DNA of 63,651 bases, counting the filler, from Octopus bimaculoides (Eukaryota): assembly GCF_001194135.2 (NCBI RefSeq). It is 5 parts of 5 records of this genome, joined end to end, with 100 filler letters (N's around TTAATTAATTAA, not from the genome) between each part and the next. Parts side by side here need not be neighbours in the genome. Positions count along the whole stretch, not along the records: positions 32,335 to 54,486 come from NC_068982.1; positions 54,587 to 62,169 come from NC_069001.1; positions 62,270 to 63,651 come from NC_069007.1; 2 more parts are not named here. One strand, given 5' to 3'. The position numbers and the translations under genes were made by a program. This document shows positions 51,172-63,651 of this stretch, piece after piece. Within the stretch, counting starts at the first letter, position 1, and each line of letters opens with the position of its first letter. The notes below the pieces were generated by a model. It worked only from the letters and a program-made list of their open reading frames with translations, had not been told where the DNA came from and searched no databases.

Positions 51172-51450
51172 ATCATCATCATCATCATCATTTAGCATCT
51201 GTTTTCCATACTGGCATAGGTTAGATGGTTTGCCTGGAACTGGTAAGCTGGAGAGCTGTACCAAGCTCCAGTCTGATTTGGGCTTGATTTCTAGAGCTGG
51301 ATACCCTTCCTAATGTCAACCACTCTGAGAGTGTTGTGGGTGTCTCTTACATGTTACTGGCATGGATGCCTTTTACATGTCACTGTCACAGAACAGTGAT
51401 ATGACTCCATCATGGATGCTTTTAACATGTCACCATCATGGGTGCCTTTT
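51172..51450 (-). mobile_element. SINE family C, old
   Basis: (CAT)n then TAGAGCTGGATACCCTTCCTAATGTCAACCACTCTGAGAGTGT. Confidence 0.75.
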
Positions 51451-51569
51451 ATGTGACACATAGAGGTCCTAATTCAAAGTATAAACAATAATAAACCATA
51501 AAATGAATTTACTTTCAAAATTAAACAAAACTAACAGTCAGATGGAAAGTAATGTTTATTTTTATATAC

Positions 51570-51850
51570 TGGACTGGCTCTTGTGCGGGTGGCACATAAT
51601 AGACACCATTTTGAACATGGCCGTTGCTAGTACCGCTTGACTGGCCTTTGCGCGGGTGACACGTAAAAGCACCCACTACACTCTCTGAGTGGTTGGCGTT
51701 AGGAAGGGCATCCAGCTGTAGAAACTCTGCCAAATTAGATTGGAGCCTGGTGTTGCCATCCGGTTTCACCAGTCCTCAGTCAAATCGTCCAACCCATGCT
51801 AGCATGGAAAGCGGACGTTAAACGATGATGATGATGATGATGATGATGAC
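51570..51850 (+). mobile_element. SINE family C, young
   Basis: Near-identical to 32335-32588; (GAT)n tail. Confidence 0.9.
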
Positions 51851-52759
51851 TTCCAGTGTATAATATGAGGAGCTCACTTTCAAAACTGGTATAAGCACAT
51901 ATTTGTTCGATTTCATGATAACCATTAAAGCACAATCTGCAAGCTGCTGGCTTCACGTATGTGAAATTTATTTCAGTCAAACTGAGATAGATGCCATATA
52001 GACAGTAATTGAATCTTAGTCTTCCAGTCAAAATTAGATATACTCAAGTTGTTGTTTTCTTTAATTACTCAAAAGTCATTCCAATGCACATATCTGGTTT
52101 TGAAAGTAAGCTCTTCATATATGAAAAAGTCTTCTTCTACTTTTTTTAATTGCAAAGTCTTTGATCAGATTCTCACAATGACAACAAAAAAACTTTGAAA
52201 TTATATTTCCAATCATATAAACCATTTCAAATATTTTAGCAACTTTAATGGGATTTCCTTTGTGCCAAAAACATGTGGTGCATCTTTCCTTTGATGCCCT
52301 AAGCATATGCTCATATTGCTTAATGGTTAAAACAGCACTGCTCACCACTATTCATCTTCTTGTACATTTAGGATTCATCCTGACACTTCATGGCCTCCAT
52401 TTTAACTCTCTCTCCAACTCTGCCTTGGTTATTTCCACCCTCTTTTCTTACATATGGGTAGACATGTAGCTCCACCACAAGAAACCTGTTTGATTCTAGT
52501 GCCTCTTTTCCTACTTTAAACTTTCATCTCCTAGCATAAAACCAGCTGCTTCTACAGTAGCTCTACTCACTTGAAGGGTGACATCACTAAAGTCGGTGCC
52601 ACAAAAACGAAACCACTGTACTCTGTAAAGTGATTGGAGTTAGGAAGAGCACTTAATTACAGAAACCATGCCAAAGCAGACATTGGAGCATGATGCAGGT
52701 CCTCAAACTCATCAGAATCAGATCTTATTAAACCATTCAACACATGAAAAAAATAAAGA

Positions 52760-53042
52760 CCTCTTTCAGTCATGAAGGACCATGGGATTGCACCTAGAAA
52801 GTTTATGGAAGACCAGCAGTTGTCCGTGCATACCAGCCTCCCCTCTCCACACCACTGATGTTATCCAAGAGGAAGGTAAAGGTCAATACAGCTTCGCACC
52901 AGTAACGTCGCAGCTCATTTTTACAGCTGAGTGAACTGGAGCAACATGAAATAAAGTGTCTTGCTCAAGAACACATGCAGCCCGGTCCAGGATTCAAACT
53001 CACAACCTCACGATCGTAAGCTCAATGCTCTAAGCACTGAGC
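52760..53042 (-). mobile_element. Second CORE-type SINE
   Basis: AAGTGTCTTGCTCAAGAACAC (reverse CORE motif) and GGATTCAAACTC (reverse B box). Confidence 0.7.
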
Positions 53043-53059
53043 TTTTGAAAGCAGATAGG

Positions 53060-53880
53060 TGAGGTGCCACACAGTGGGACTGAACCCGGAACCATGTGGT
53101 TGGTAAGCAAGCTACTTACCACACAGCCACTCCTGCACCTTTCTTTAAGAAAAATTAAACTTTAAAAAAATTTATATTTCCCAGATTCGTAATCTCTGTA
53201 ATTTTCTATGTGGATAAAAAAAAAAAATTTATAAAGTTACAAATTAAGAAATAGTGGTGGGCATGGGAGAAATTAAAATTTTGAAAACGTGATTTCTGAG
53301 CAAAATCGTATTAACCCCCTTTTATACGATGAAACAATATATAGTTTGTGATCCTTCTTAAGAACAGAAAGCACTTTCATGCAAACCCATGCAAATTGTA
53401 CCCTCTCCACTTCACTTTTAAACAAACAATAACAGTAATTCAGTTCACTGTATATCAGCTGTGACAATTCTGTCCATAAGAAAGGAGCAAATAATACAAT
53501 GTGACTGTAGGTCATAAGACCCAGGCAATGTCAGGGTGCATTCTTTGTCTTATATAATAACTGAGATATCTTTTATCTTTTACTTGTTTCAGCCAGGGTT
53601 TAATCAAACAAATTGATGCCAGTACTTATTTTTTAAGTGGTACTTACTCTATCAGTCTATTTTTGCTGAACTTCTAAGTTACAGGGACATAAACAGACTG
53701 ACACTAGTTATCAAGTGGTGGTGGAGGACAAACACAAGGCTACACACACACATATATATATACACATATGTATACAACAGGCTTCTTCCAACTTCTATCT
53801 ACCAAATCCACTCACAAGGTTTTAGTTAACCTGGGGTTGTAACAGAAGACACTAGTCAGGAGGCAAGCTTCTTTACCATA
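53060..53880 (-). mobile_element. Family B SINE pieces (head 53060-53140; old copy 53565-53880)
   Basis: GTGGGACTGAACCCGGAACCATGTGGTTGGTAAGCAAGCTACTTACCACACAGCCACTCC. Confidence 0.75.
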
Positions 53881-54239
53881 CAAATAAACCTGTGCCTATA
53901 GAAACACCTTTATCAATCTCAGAGTATTTGTTTACTTATTTAACAAAACTGAAAGGTGGAGGATGTGGGGCACTGGACTGTTAGAATAGAGGTCAGATAC
54001 TGAATGTCATTAACAGTGATAAAGCACAATTCCTCAAACATATCAAGCTGAAAACTAGATTTCTGAAATTTACATCATTACCTATGTACTTTAGAAGTGT
54101 TGAGAAAAGGGCAACTTAATAATATCAATGAATTATGGTTACAAAGCTTAGCTATAAATCCATCCAGACACTTACTAGCTTAAGCACCATAAGTGAATCA
54201 ATACTTCATTATCATTGTCATCATCATCATCATAAGCAG

Positions 54240-54486
54240 TGGTAACAGTGACAGTGTTGGTGGAAGCGTCAGTAGCAGCAGCAGCAGAAGTGGTAGAGGA
54301 TGCAGTGGAGGCAGCAGAGGCAGCAGTAGCAGCAGCAGCAAAGATGACAGCACATGCAGTGGCAGCAGGAGAGGCAGGGACAGCAGCAGGGGCAGGGGCA
54401 GCAGGAGAGGCAGTGGCAGCAGCAGAGGCAGGGGCAGCAGCAAAGGCAGTGGCAGCAGGAGAGGCAGTGGCAGCAGCAGGGGCAGC
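54240..54486. repeat. (GCA/GGCA)-rich minisatellite, about 18-bp units
   Basis: GGCAGCAG(C/G)AG(A/G)GGCAG(T/G) units running into a gap. Confidence 0.85.
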
Positions 54487-54899
54487 NNNNNNNNNNNNNN
54501 NNNNNNNNNNNNNNNNNNNNNNNNNNNNNNTTAATTAATTAANNNNNNNNNNNNNNNNNNNNNNNNNNNNNNNNNNNNNNNNNNNNTTCCATCCTTCATC
54601 TTATACTTACACTGCTATCTTCATACATGTCTTACTGCACTCATTTACATATTTGTTGAGAACTTTTGCAAAAATTCTTCATTTCTTTGTATTTTTAGGT
54701 GTTATAACTTAGAAGAGCAGATCTACTTATGTAGAGGCATGTGTTTATAGAAGTTTGTGTGTGTGTGTGTTTCTATATATTTGTTGGCATCTGTATAATT
54801 TTGTGTGAATATTAGTGTGTGCCTGTGTACTTGTGTGTGAATATATATATATATGTATATATATTCATCAACATATACACATTCACACATACAAATATA

Positions 54900-54978
<79 letters not shown>

Positions 54979-56289
54979 CTACATATGCATATACATACAT
55001 GTGTTATTATAATGTATTATGGTATTTGTATTTGATGTGGTTGTCATTTAGTTGTAATTACCTGAATACAGGTATGACTGATTAGTTAAGTTATTTGTTT
55101 CCCAATCATGAGATCACAGGTTCATTCCATTTCCTGTCCTCTTAGACAAAAGCCCCTTTTTTTGACTTTGACCTCACTTTGAGCTTAAGACTCTTGAGTA
55201 ATATTGAGTAAACAAAAAAATATGAAAGCCCTTCATAAAAGTTGTACCTGTTATTCAAGGATCCAGCATTGTTACTCACTGTGTTATAATGATTCTGTAT
55301 GAGAATTAAATTAAGAGTGCAAGAGCCAGTGAGATACTCAGCCACTTACATCAAAAATTCAATTTAGTGGGTAGTTTGATTGATGAAACAGCTGAATTAC
55401 TCATTATGGAAGCCAACTGAGGATTCATTTATGCTTTTATTTCATATACATTAAACACATTAAATACTTGTCTATATGTGAATATAGGTGTGTGTGTGTA
55501 TGTGTGCGTGTAAGTGTGTGTGCATACAGATGTATATATATATATATGCATATATGTGTGTGTGTATATGTATATATACACATATATACACATATGTGTA
55601 TATAAATATATACACATTTATACATATGTGTGCGTGTGTCCCTTTATCATCATCATCCTCATCATCATTTAATGTTCCTGTTCCATGCTGGCATGGGTTA
55701 TATTCATATGTGAACAGCCATATAATGAAATATTATTCACACTCACACAAATATGCATAAGTATAAATTTATAAATATTCATGTATGTATACGTCAACAC
55801 ACACACACACTCACAGAAACATTCATACACACATGCATGCAAGTATATACCTTCATATAACAGATGATATTGTTGTTGCTGTTGTTGTTTAATTATAATT
55901 ACCAATGTTGCTTTTTATCATTAACCTTGTTGTTTTTGTTGTCGTCGTTTTTATTGTTCATCTTTCCAATCTCAGCTTTCTCTCTCGTTTGCATTTAAAT
56001 TTATATATATATTTACATTTGTTTATTAGTTACCTTTAATTGCTTGTGTATATTTGTTTGTTTGTGTGTTTGTTTATTAATATAGAACTGAAAGCTTCTT
56101 CATGATAATTAATTCCATCCTGGTTAAGAGAGTAAAATTTATATGAGGAAATCTGTTGCCATTAAGTGGAAACGGATAAAGTCGAGGAAGAAGACGATGG
56201 TGCAGGCACCGACCGAACATCAGTGCATTAACACAGCAAGCAATCACACACCTGATTTCTCTTTTGTCTACGATACAGATGGAGGATGT

Positions 56290-57240
56290 TGTCATCATCA
56301 CCCCCCACCCCCCCACACACACACATACCCTCAGCCAACTCCTCCACCCCCCCGCCCACTACCACCACCACCACAACCACCCCATCATTGTACCACCACT
56401 AGCATCACTGCTGCTGCCTCTACTACAACTATGATCACACTGTCATCACTACTACTACCACTACTATGACTACTACTACTACTGCCCCTACCACCCTTAT
56501 CACTCACATAGCCAACACCATTACTACCACTACTACCAACAACACCATCACACCTACCACTACCACCACCACCACCACTATCACTATTAGTATCACCACT
56601 AGCACCAACATATACCTATATGACCACTACCACTTCTGCTACGAACACTACTACCCTCTCCACCACCACCACCACCACCACCACCATCATATAACTAAAA
56701 CCAATGCCACTATCTCTGCGTTCTCTTCTTCTTCTTGGTGCTACTGCAGCTGCTGTTGTTGGTTCTATGTTGCAGCAGCAATGGTGCAATATCCTGCATA
56801 CCGTTGCATACACAACCACTGCATTCTATACAGCAACACAACAGTCCATCGCTTGCCCCCTACACCCAGATGATCAGGGCATCCCCACCGCCTCCACTGC
56901 CCGAATCACAGTTATATTCCACCAACACTGTGACACCACAACACCGTGTTAGAGGCACATCAGCTTCCTCCCCTCCATCATCATCACCATCAACATTGTA
57001 ACTACTGCCACCACCCTCGTCATCTCTGCTGTAATCAGCACCACTACCACAAACATTGTCCTCATCATCATCATCACTACTGTAACCACCACCACCACCC
57101 TACTTACCCCAATACTACCCCCACAAGTATTACAATTACCACAACCATTATCACCACAACTATAATGGCTATATTATCACAACAACAACCACATCTAGAA
57201 GCACCACCACAGCAACAACAACACCAGCAACAATTATCAC
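56290..57240. repeat. (CAC/CAT/TAC/CAA) trinucleotide low-complexity region
   Basis: Direct inspection; yields His/Thr/Pro-rich ORFs in several frames. Confidence 0.8.
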
Positions 57241-57699
57241 TGCAATTTCAACTCTTTGCTGCAGGGCAAATGACTTCTACCAAAATCTCAGATGACCCCA
57301 AATGGTGTGGTTAAAATCAGTGGAGATTTAAACTCAGAGCTGAGGATTGATTGATTTGATTGATTTGATTGAAGCCCAAGTTGGTTTAGTAACCCATCAC
57401 TGAAAGTGGAGTACTCCTTATTAATAAAAGTAGGGTACTTATTGTGGAAACTGATGGTTACTTCCATTTAATGGGTGATTTTATATCTGTGACAATAGGT
57501 TACTGTGTGTGTGTGTGTGTGTGTGTGTGAGGGAGAGATTCTGGTGTTGTTTTTATGGTGGTGGTGGTGGTGGTGGTGATGTTATGAGTGTGTGTGTGTG
57601 TATGAGAAAGAAACACACATACATACATGTATCTATCTCCCTATATATGTTTGTGATTTATTTATTTTTTTTTTTTTCGTCTTCCTTTGCAGAATCCAA

Positions 57700-57975
57700 A
57701 TTTGGTCTGGAACCAGGTTTGGGCCAGAAAATTGGATCGACAGAGAAGGCTAAAAAGAATAGAAATGAGATTGTTTGGAGGATGCTTAGAGCATTGCTGA
57801 GTGAGAGGGAGGCAAACAATGAATTGTAGAAGATGATGATAAGAACGGAGCCAGTAATGGATATCAAGAAAAGAAATGGGATGAAATGGCTGAGTCGTGT
57901 ACTGAAGAAGCTTGAAAGTGAATGAGCGAAAAGAGCGATGGAAGTGAAGGTAGCAAGGAGTAGAGGAAGAAGATT
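57700..57975 (+). pseudogene. RTE LINE C-terminal fragment
   Basis: RNEIVWRMLR...EPVMDIKKRNGMKWLSRVLKKLESE*AKRAMEVKVARSRGRR resembles the RTE motif RLRWYGHVLR..ESEWVKRAME..V.G.RGRGRP. Confidence 0.65.
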
Positions 57976-57977
57976 GA

Positions 57978-58165
57978 GAAAGACAGAGATAAAGAAGATG
58001 GGGGGAGGAGGTTGAGAAAGACATAGATAAAGATGACAGGGGGAGGAGGCTGAGAAAGACAGAGATAAAGATGATGGGGGGAGGAGGCTGAGAAAGACAG
58101 AGATGAAGATGATGGGGGTAGAAGGTTGAGAAAGACAGATAAAGATGATGGAGGGAGGAGGCTGG
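57978..58165. repeat. About 36-bp tandem repeat, 5 copies
   Basis: GAGAAAGACAGAGATAAAGATGATGGGGGAGGAGG(C/T)T units with no unique spacers. Confidence 0.85.
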
Positions 58166-60569
58166 CAGTGAGATGCAAAAGATAGGGTACAATTAAAAGA
58201 AAATAAGTCTTTCATAGGAATTAGCTGGAGAAATGGCCTTAAACTGCTTGTGTTGATATTATCAAGGATTATGTTAAGTCTACAAATGACTGTGGAATAT
58301 TCAACCACTTGCACTATAATTCAGTGAATAAGTAGTTCGATTAAATGAACAACAATGATTGAAACCAATGCAAGACCCCTTTTTGTGAATCCCACAATGA
58401 CACTTGGCAAAGCAGTTATTTTGAGGGCATCTGCTTGCTCTCATGTGCTTTGAGTTTTGTGTGGGTCGATTTTCAAATAAATTTTAGTACCACAGTGTCA
58501 GAGTGCTCTGATGGGTTAGCATTGTGTCAAAGGATTTGCTGAGTTGTGGGACACATAAATTCAAGAGAGATGAGGTTAAGGGTCCAGAGCAGACTGATGT
58601 TTTGCACCATGCCCACAGCACAGATATTATTATTTCTCTCCCTTTCTTCATTTAGATTTTTATACGTCAAGATTTGAGTTCCAGTACCAGCAATATACCA
58701 GGATCAATTCAATTCAAATGTTTACAAACAAAGGAAAGCAATCTCCTTAATCATTTTTCAAAGAGTTTACCGAAATTCAATTTTCTACCTTATCTTACCT
58801 ATACGTGGTGGTGTTCGACAGTGATGTTGTGATATTAAACAGTGCCTTCATCACAAACCACTAATCAACAAAGCAAGCTAGCGAGCCAACAACCAATCAA
58901 ACTAATAAAAGAAGAAATTCTCATCAAGGAAATACTAAACAGTCAGCACCATTCTTGAAAACGATGTTTCTATTGAGAAGCAGCAACACCCGACACCTGA
59001 CCACCGATACCAATTCCGATAGACAAGGTTAGTGTCAGGCGATGACAATGACAGACAACGGAAAATGTCAAATTACTGCTGATATAAAACTTCACTTCAG
59101 CAGAATCTATCTGTTTAGATTGTTTTTCAATCAAAATCCTCACCACAAGAGACCTTGCTGGTGGTGGTGGTGTTATTGGGGTTGTAGCGGTGGTTGTGTT
59201 GGTAGTGGTGGTGATGGCAGCAGTGGTTGCATTGTGGTGGTGGTTAGTCAGCAGTGTGGTGTTGGTGTTGTGGTTGGTATTGATGGGAGAGAGAGGGAAA
59301 TAAAAATCACCTGGTCTCTCAAATTCCGCAACTTCCAGCAGAGATCTGAGAAAAACCTCTAAGGGGGTTTTCATTTTGATAGAACCGTGTTGAGGAAATG
59401 AACAGCCATGTTGAAATGGCAGAATTATTTACTTATTTATAGAGATACGATTTAGTTGTAGAGAATTATTTATGTGAAATTACCACTGGTGAAGGGAATT
59501 CCTCTTGGAAATAACCAGCCTCAGAAATTTGTCCATTTTGGAAAACTTTTAATTAAGTTTAAAGGAAATAATGAAAAATATCTAATGTTGTTGTTGTTGC
59601 TGTTGTTTAGCTTTTATTTCATTTCCTTCGTATCATCTCTAGAAACAAATTTACTTTCCCTCCATGACCCACCACCACCACCACATGCGTCCCTAATGCC
59701 CCCTTGCCTGACTTATTTCAATGTTGTTAGGGGAGGGTTATTATTGTTGTTTCTTTCCATTTTAAGTATTCTGTCAAAGAGAGAGAATAAAGCTGTGACT
59801 CTTGTTGAAGACATCATAGCATTTAGATGACTGAGATGATGATGATGATGATGATGATGAAGATGGTAGTGCTGATGCTGATGATGACGATGACGATGAC
59901 TTGTTGCTGTTCTGGAAAAGAAAAAGATGGCATTTGTGGTTGTTGTTGCTGTCATTGTATAGTTACAGCAGACACACGATCAAAAGCATTCCAGCCGTGA
60001 CCATCCCATCTTTTTGCTATAGAATCCAATAGGAATTATCTCATGAGTCTTTTTTTCTTTTTGTTTGTTTGTTTATGTGCAACCTTCAATTTGAGGATAT
60101 GCGGCTGCTATTCCAAGTAGGTTGAATGGCCACATTGTGGCTCCTTCACTATTGTTGTTTTTTTTGTTTTTGTTTAGCCCCAGGTCACCGATAAAATTAT
60201 TCTCTACATAATATAATCCCATATTCCCTTGATCAGTGGAGAAGAAACAGTAGTCTCAGGTGCAATCCCAGGTATGCTTAACAAGGGTTGATTAATGCTA
60301 AAAGAAGCAAATTCAAAAATATATTTAGTAAAAAAAAGACCAAGAAAGCATCAGAAATAAAGCTGGAATGGCTAGAATCACTGAAGTTCAACGTTTGGTA
60401 AAGGAGTCCCAAATATTGATATGTAACATTGATAGAATATTATTTCTAATTTAGGCGGCAGAACAATTTCGAAAAATAAACATGGAATGCAAACAGGGAA
60501 AGAATAGTCTTCAGTTATTCCCTATTTGGTAAAATACTTTTCAATGCTACCCAAGGAAGTTTACATAAA

Positions 60570-61430
60570 AAAAAAAAAAAAAATCATTAAAAAAATATGG
60601 AAATTGCAATAAAATATATGCAACAAAAGCTTAATTCATTGAAAACAAAAGACAAGAAAACCATGCAAAAGGAAAACAGTCCTTGATTTAAATTCTAGAG
60701 ATATTCATCTCAAAACGAAGAACTAATTGCATTTGAAAACAATCTCTTTAACTTAATAATGAATACAGAATTTAATTTTAGAAAGAATAATTTATTACAC
60801 AAGCTAAACTCAGGCTAAATAACAATTAAATCCTCCAAGAACTTCTTCATGTTTGGAAGGCAAAACAAGGAATTTATAAGAGGCAGATAATGACACTTTT
60901 ATATAAGGGAATAATAAACTTCTACAAAGCAACCAACAACATAGACAATAATATCAAAATGAAAGTACAACAGATAGCTTCAAAACATAACATCCAAATT
61001 TAAATGCTTCACCTCAAAAATATTTGTCACCACATTGAAGGAAAAAAATCTATCTTACATTCCAAAGTAGTTCTGGCATAATAAGTAAAATGGTCACAGA
61101 GTAATGGTTGACACGAAGCAATCTGAATTTTTATCTATGGAATAAAATTGTCAGAGTCAGCATTTGGTTCACATAGGGAAAGTTATATAATTTGATGGCT
61201 GAACATTTAATTCTTCCATAAGCTAGGCTCAACAAGGAAATAGACAATATGAAGAAGGAATCAAGTGCTTATCAGAATTATTGAGCATTTGGAAGATAAA
61301 TTTTATATGATATAACACAGTGTACAACATTGGTGTAAAAATTGGTTGTGAAAAATATTTCTCAATTCGTCTTTAATTATACCAGGTAATTAACAAGAAC
61401 AACATAAACATGAGTTACAGCGGCAAGGAA
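60570..61430 (+). pseudogene. Penelope-like (Nematis-type) ORF N-terminal relic
   Basis: SQNEELIAFENNLFNLIMNTEF..RKNNLLHKLN; IKSSKNFFMFG; FYKATNNIDNNIKM.VQQIASKHNI; resembles the AFENDL..LI..IEF...ADKT.N.Y region upstream of the RT. Confidence 0.6.
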
Positions 61431-61439
61431 AGGATGTTT

Positions 61440-61770
61440 GGCATAACTACAGATTTGCTCAAACCCAGATTTCTGCCCCACCGACTTTGGATGATCATAA
61501 CTTTCAGGAAATGGATATTTTTTAATGAAATTTTATACGAATATGTGTTATATCATGTAGATTCCGAATATACAAAAAAATTGGGGGGGGGGGGGAGAAA
61601 GTGTTTTAGGACGAGGTGGGGAATTTCGAAAAATTCACCGGAGTCCACTTCAATTCGTCATAACTTTCAAGAAAATAGATATTTTTTAATGAAATTTACT
61701 ACAAATATACCTCGTAGGTTCCGAGGACATAGGAATTTTGGAGGGTAGGGGGAACAATCGGGGGCTATTT
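61440..61770. repeat. Unclassified DNA-transposon-like fragment with internal direct repeat
   Basis: CATAACTTTCA(G/A)GAAA(TG/AT)(G/A)GATATTTTTTAATGAAATTT occurs twice (about 61496 and 61658). Confidence 0.4.
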
Positions 61771-61984
61771 TTGAGAACTGTTCCTAAATATGAATGTGTT
61801 GCATTTAATTGTTTTAATAAAGCAATGTTTTGGACTAAACAACCTGGATTTCGGAGCAGATGTAGATCTGTTAATTCTGAGATGTGGCAGACGGTCACGT
61901 GACCAATGTGCAGAAGTGAAAAGGTGTGGAGTGAGTAGAAAATAACTGGTCTTTTTTCTGTGTGTGTGTGTGTGTGTGTGCATT

Positions 61985-62160
61985 TTTTGGCATGGCTGTG
62001 TGGTTAAGAAGCTTGTTTCCCAACCATCTAGTCTTGCGTTCAGTCCCACTGCATGCAACCTTGGGTGTCTTCTATTATATCCCTGGGCTGACCATAGCCT
62101 TGTAAATCAATTTGGTAGATGGAAACAGCATGGAAGCCCATTGTATGTACACATCTCTTT
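61985..62160 (+). mobile_element. SINE family B, 5' half
   Basis: GGCATGGCTGTGTGGTTAAGAAG...GTTCAGTCCCACTG...ACCTTGGGTGTCTT. Confidence 0.75.
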
Positions 62161-62304
62161 TATTATTTTNNNNNNNNNNNNNNNNNNNNNNNNNNNNNNN
62201 NNNNNNNNNNNNNTTAATTAATTAANNNNNNNNNNNNNNNNNNNNNNNNNNNNNNNNNNNNNNNNNNNNTATTTTACGTATATATATATATATATATACA
62301 TATT

Positions 62305-62475
62305 TGGTATTAAGTCGATTACATCGACTCCAGTGCGTAACTGGTACTTAATTTATCGACCCCGAAAGGACGAAAATTGAAGTTGACCTCGGCGGAATTT
62401 GAACTCAGAAAGTAACGGCAGAAATACCGTTAAGCATTTCGTCCGACGTGCTCAACGGTTCTGCCAGCTCACCTT
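62305..62475 (-). mobile_element. SINE family A
   Basis: CTGGTACTTAATTTATCGACCCCGAAAGGACGAAA...GGCGGAATTTGAACTCAG. Confidence 0.85.
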
Positions 62476-62989
62476 TATCTATAACAAGTAAAGAGAAAGA
62501 TAAATTAGGCAATACTCTGTATTTTGTGTTTTGCATCGACCAGAAAATTGGAATCTGTTATACACCACTGATCTCAATGCCCTTCATAGCATTGTTGTAG
62601 GTTTCCAATGACGCAGCTTCCCCCGGTAGGCAGGCCAAAATGCCGCCTAAAGTGAACGCCAGTCAATCACAGGGCTATCCGTTTACCCGAGTATATATAT
62701 ACTCGGTTTAAGTACTTCTGTGGAAATACCCTACCTTAGAGCAAAAGATATGTTTTTGCAAATCGCTCATCTGGTTTTGTATCTTGAGGAGATAAATATA
62801 TTGCTTTAAAATATTGTTCGACTCCTATTATTTGGACATCAACGAAGCATCCTTTTTTACAATTTATTGCTGCAATGCCCATATAATGATGTGATAGCAA
62901 GTCGGAAATAATGGCTCTCAGACGCACATGTAGGAGTTCGCAATTAAAGAATTCAATAATATTTTTAGAAATATTGGAGAGACGGAAAT

Positions 62990-63573
62990 CACAAGACAAT
63001 AGATAAAGAAATAAATGGGGGAGAGGGAAAAAGAGAAATAGATGGAGAGGAAAATACAGAGAAAGGGAGAGAGTGGGGGAGAAGGGGACAGTGAGATTGA
63101 GTGAGGAGGAAAGACAGAGTGAGTGAGGGAGAAGGGGATAGGGAGGGAGAGGGGTCGATGAGATGGAGTGAGAGAGAGATAGGGTGGGAAACGGTGACAA
63201 TGAGATGGAGTGAGAGGTAGAGAGGGAGGGAGAGAGAACCAGAGATCAAGGGAGGGTGAAAGAGAAAGAGACAATCACACAGAAAGATAAATATAGAAAG
63301 GCAAAGAGAGAGAGAGTGAGAGAGTGAGAGAGAGAGAGAGAGATACGACAAAGTAAGGTAGACAGTAATACAGAGGGAACAACGGAGAGGGAAAGAAAGA
63401 GAGAGCGAAGGAGAGAGAGAGCGAAGGAGAGAGAGAGAGCGAAGGAGAGAGAGTAGAGACAGGAAGAGAGATAAAGACAGTGGTAGTGAGTCAGTCAGAC
63501 AATCAAACAGACGGATAAACACAGAGGAAGGCAGAGACAGAGATAGAGAGAACAAGAGTAATTGAAAAAAGAA

Positions 63574-63651
<78 letters not shown>
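62990..63651. repeat. (GA)n and purine-rich low-complexity tract
   Basis: Direct inspection. Confidence 0.95.

Noticed and set aside
54193-54542. Three overlapping open frames (SRGSG-, AEAAV- and QWQQ-rich)
   Set aside because: A GCA/GGCA minisatellite lacks stops in all frames; no splice or start context.
56735-56790. Signal-peptide-like MVLLQLLLLVLCCSS
   Set aside because: Starts at TTG with an upstream in-frame stop and no ATG; the hydrophobicity comes from (CTG/TTG)n repeats.
57693-57829. Textbook splice acceptor followed by an ORF
   Set aside because: The downstream sequence is better explained as a decayed RTE LINE fragment with in-frame stops.
57902-57925. CTGAAGA...GAAA hammerhead-like spacing
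   Set aside because: No stem III, NUH triplet or stem I pairing; lies inside the RTE relic.
57978-58165. CRISPR-like 36-bp repeats
   Set aside because: Head-to-tail with no unique spacers, in a eukaryotic context and with no cas genes.
19689-62226. Recurrent palindromic TTAATTAATTAA
   Set aside because: Always embedded in N runs; a scaffolding spacer, not biology.
62736-63200. 154-aa minus-strand ORF with a non-repetitive second half
   Set aside because: The first half is (CT)n-derived, the stop lies immediately before the only strong donor, and no family is recognised; unsupported without RNA data.

Overview
AT-rich, microsatellite-dense animal genomic scaffold with many N gaps. The SINE repertoire and repeat style suggest a cephalopod, probably Octopus (inference). 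I cannot confidently identify any host protein-coding gene; almost all supplied ORFs are microsatellite, gap or low-complexity artefacts. The window is mainly a transposon graveyard. It holds four tRNA-type SINE families; relics of R4/Dong, CRE, RTE and L2/CR1-group LINEs; three kinds of Tc1/mariner (DD34D, DD37D, DD41D-like); a Chapaev-like fragment; a hAT MITE carrying a nested Helitron; and two tiny TG..CA solo-LTR-like elements with perfect 5-bp TSDs. A Penelope-like-element (PLE) cluster lies at about 38-48 kb. The most notable signals are: (1) six minimal hammerhead-ribozyme motifs in that cluster, one with a fully intact core and two sharing an unusual 8-nt CNTGANGA core; (2) a family of foldback elements (a 1.55-kb inverted repeat and a 222-bp hairpin relative); (3) a CpG-decay boundary near 33 kb suggesting a methylated gene body whose exons I could not assign.
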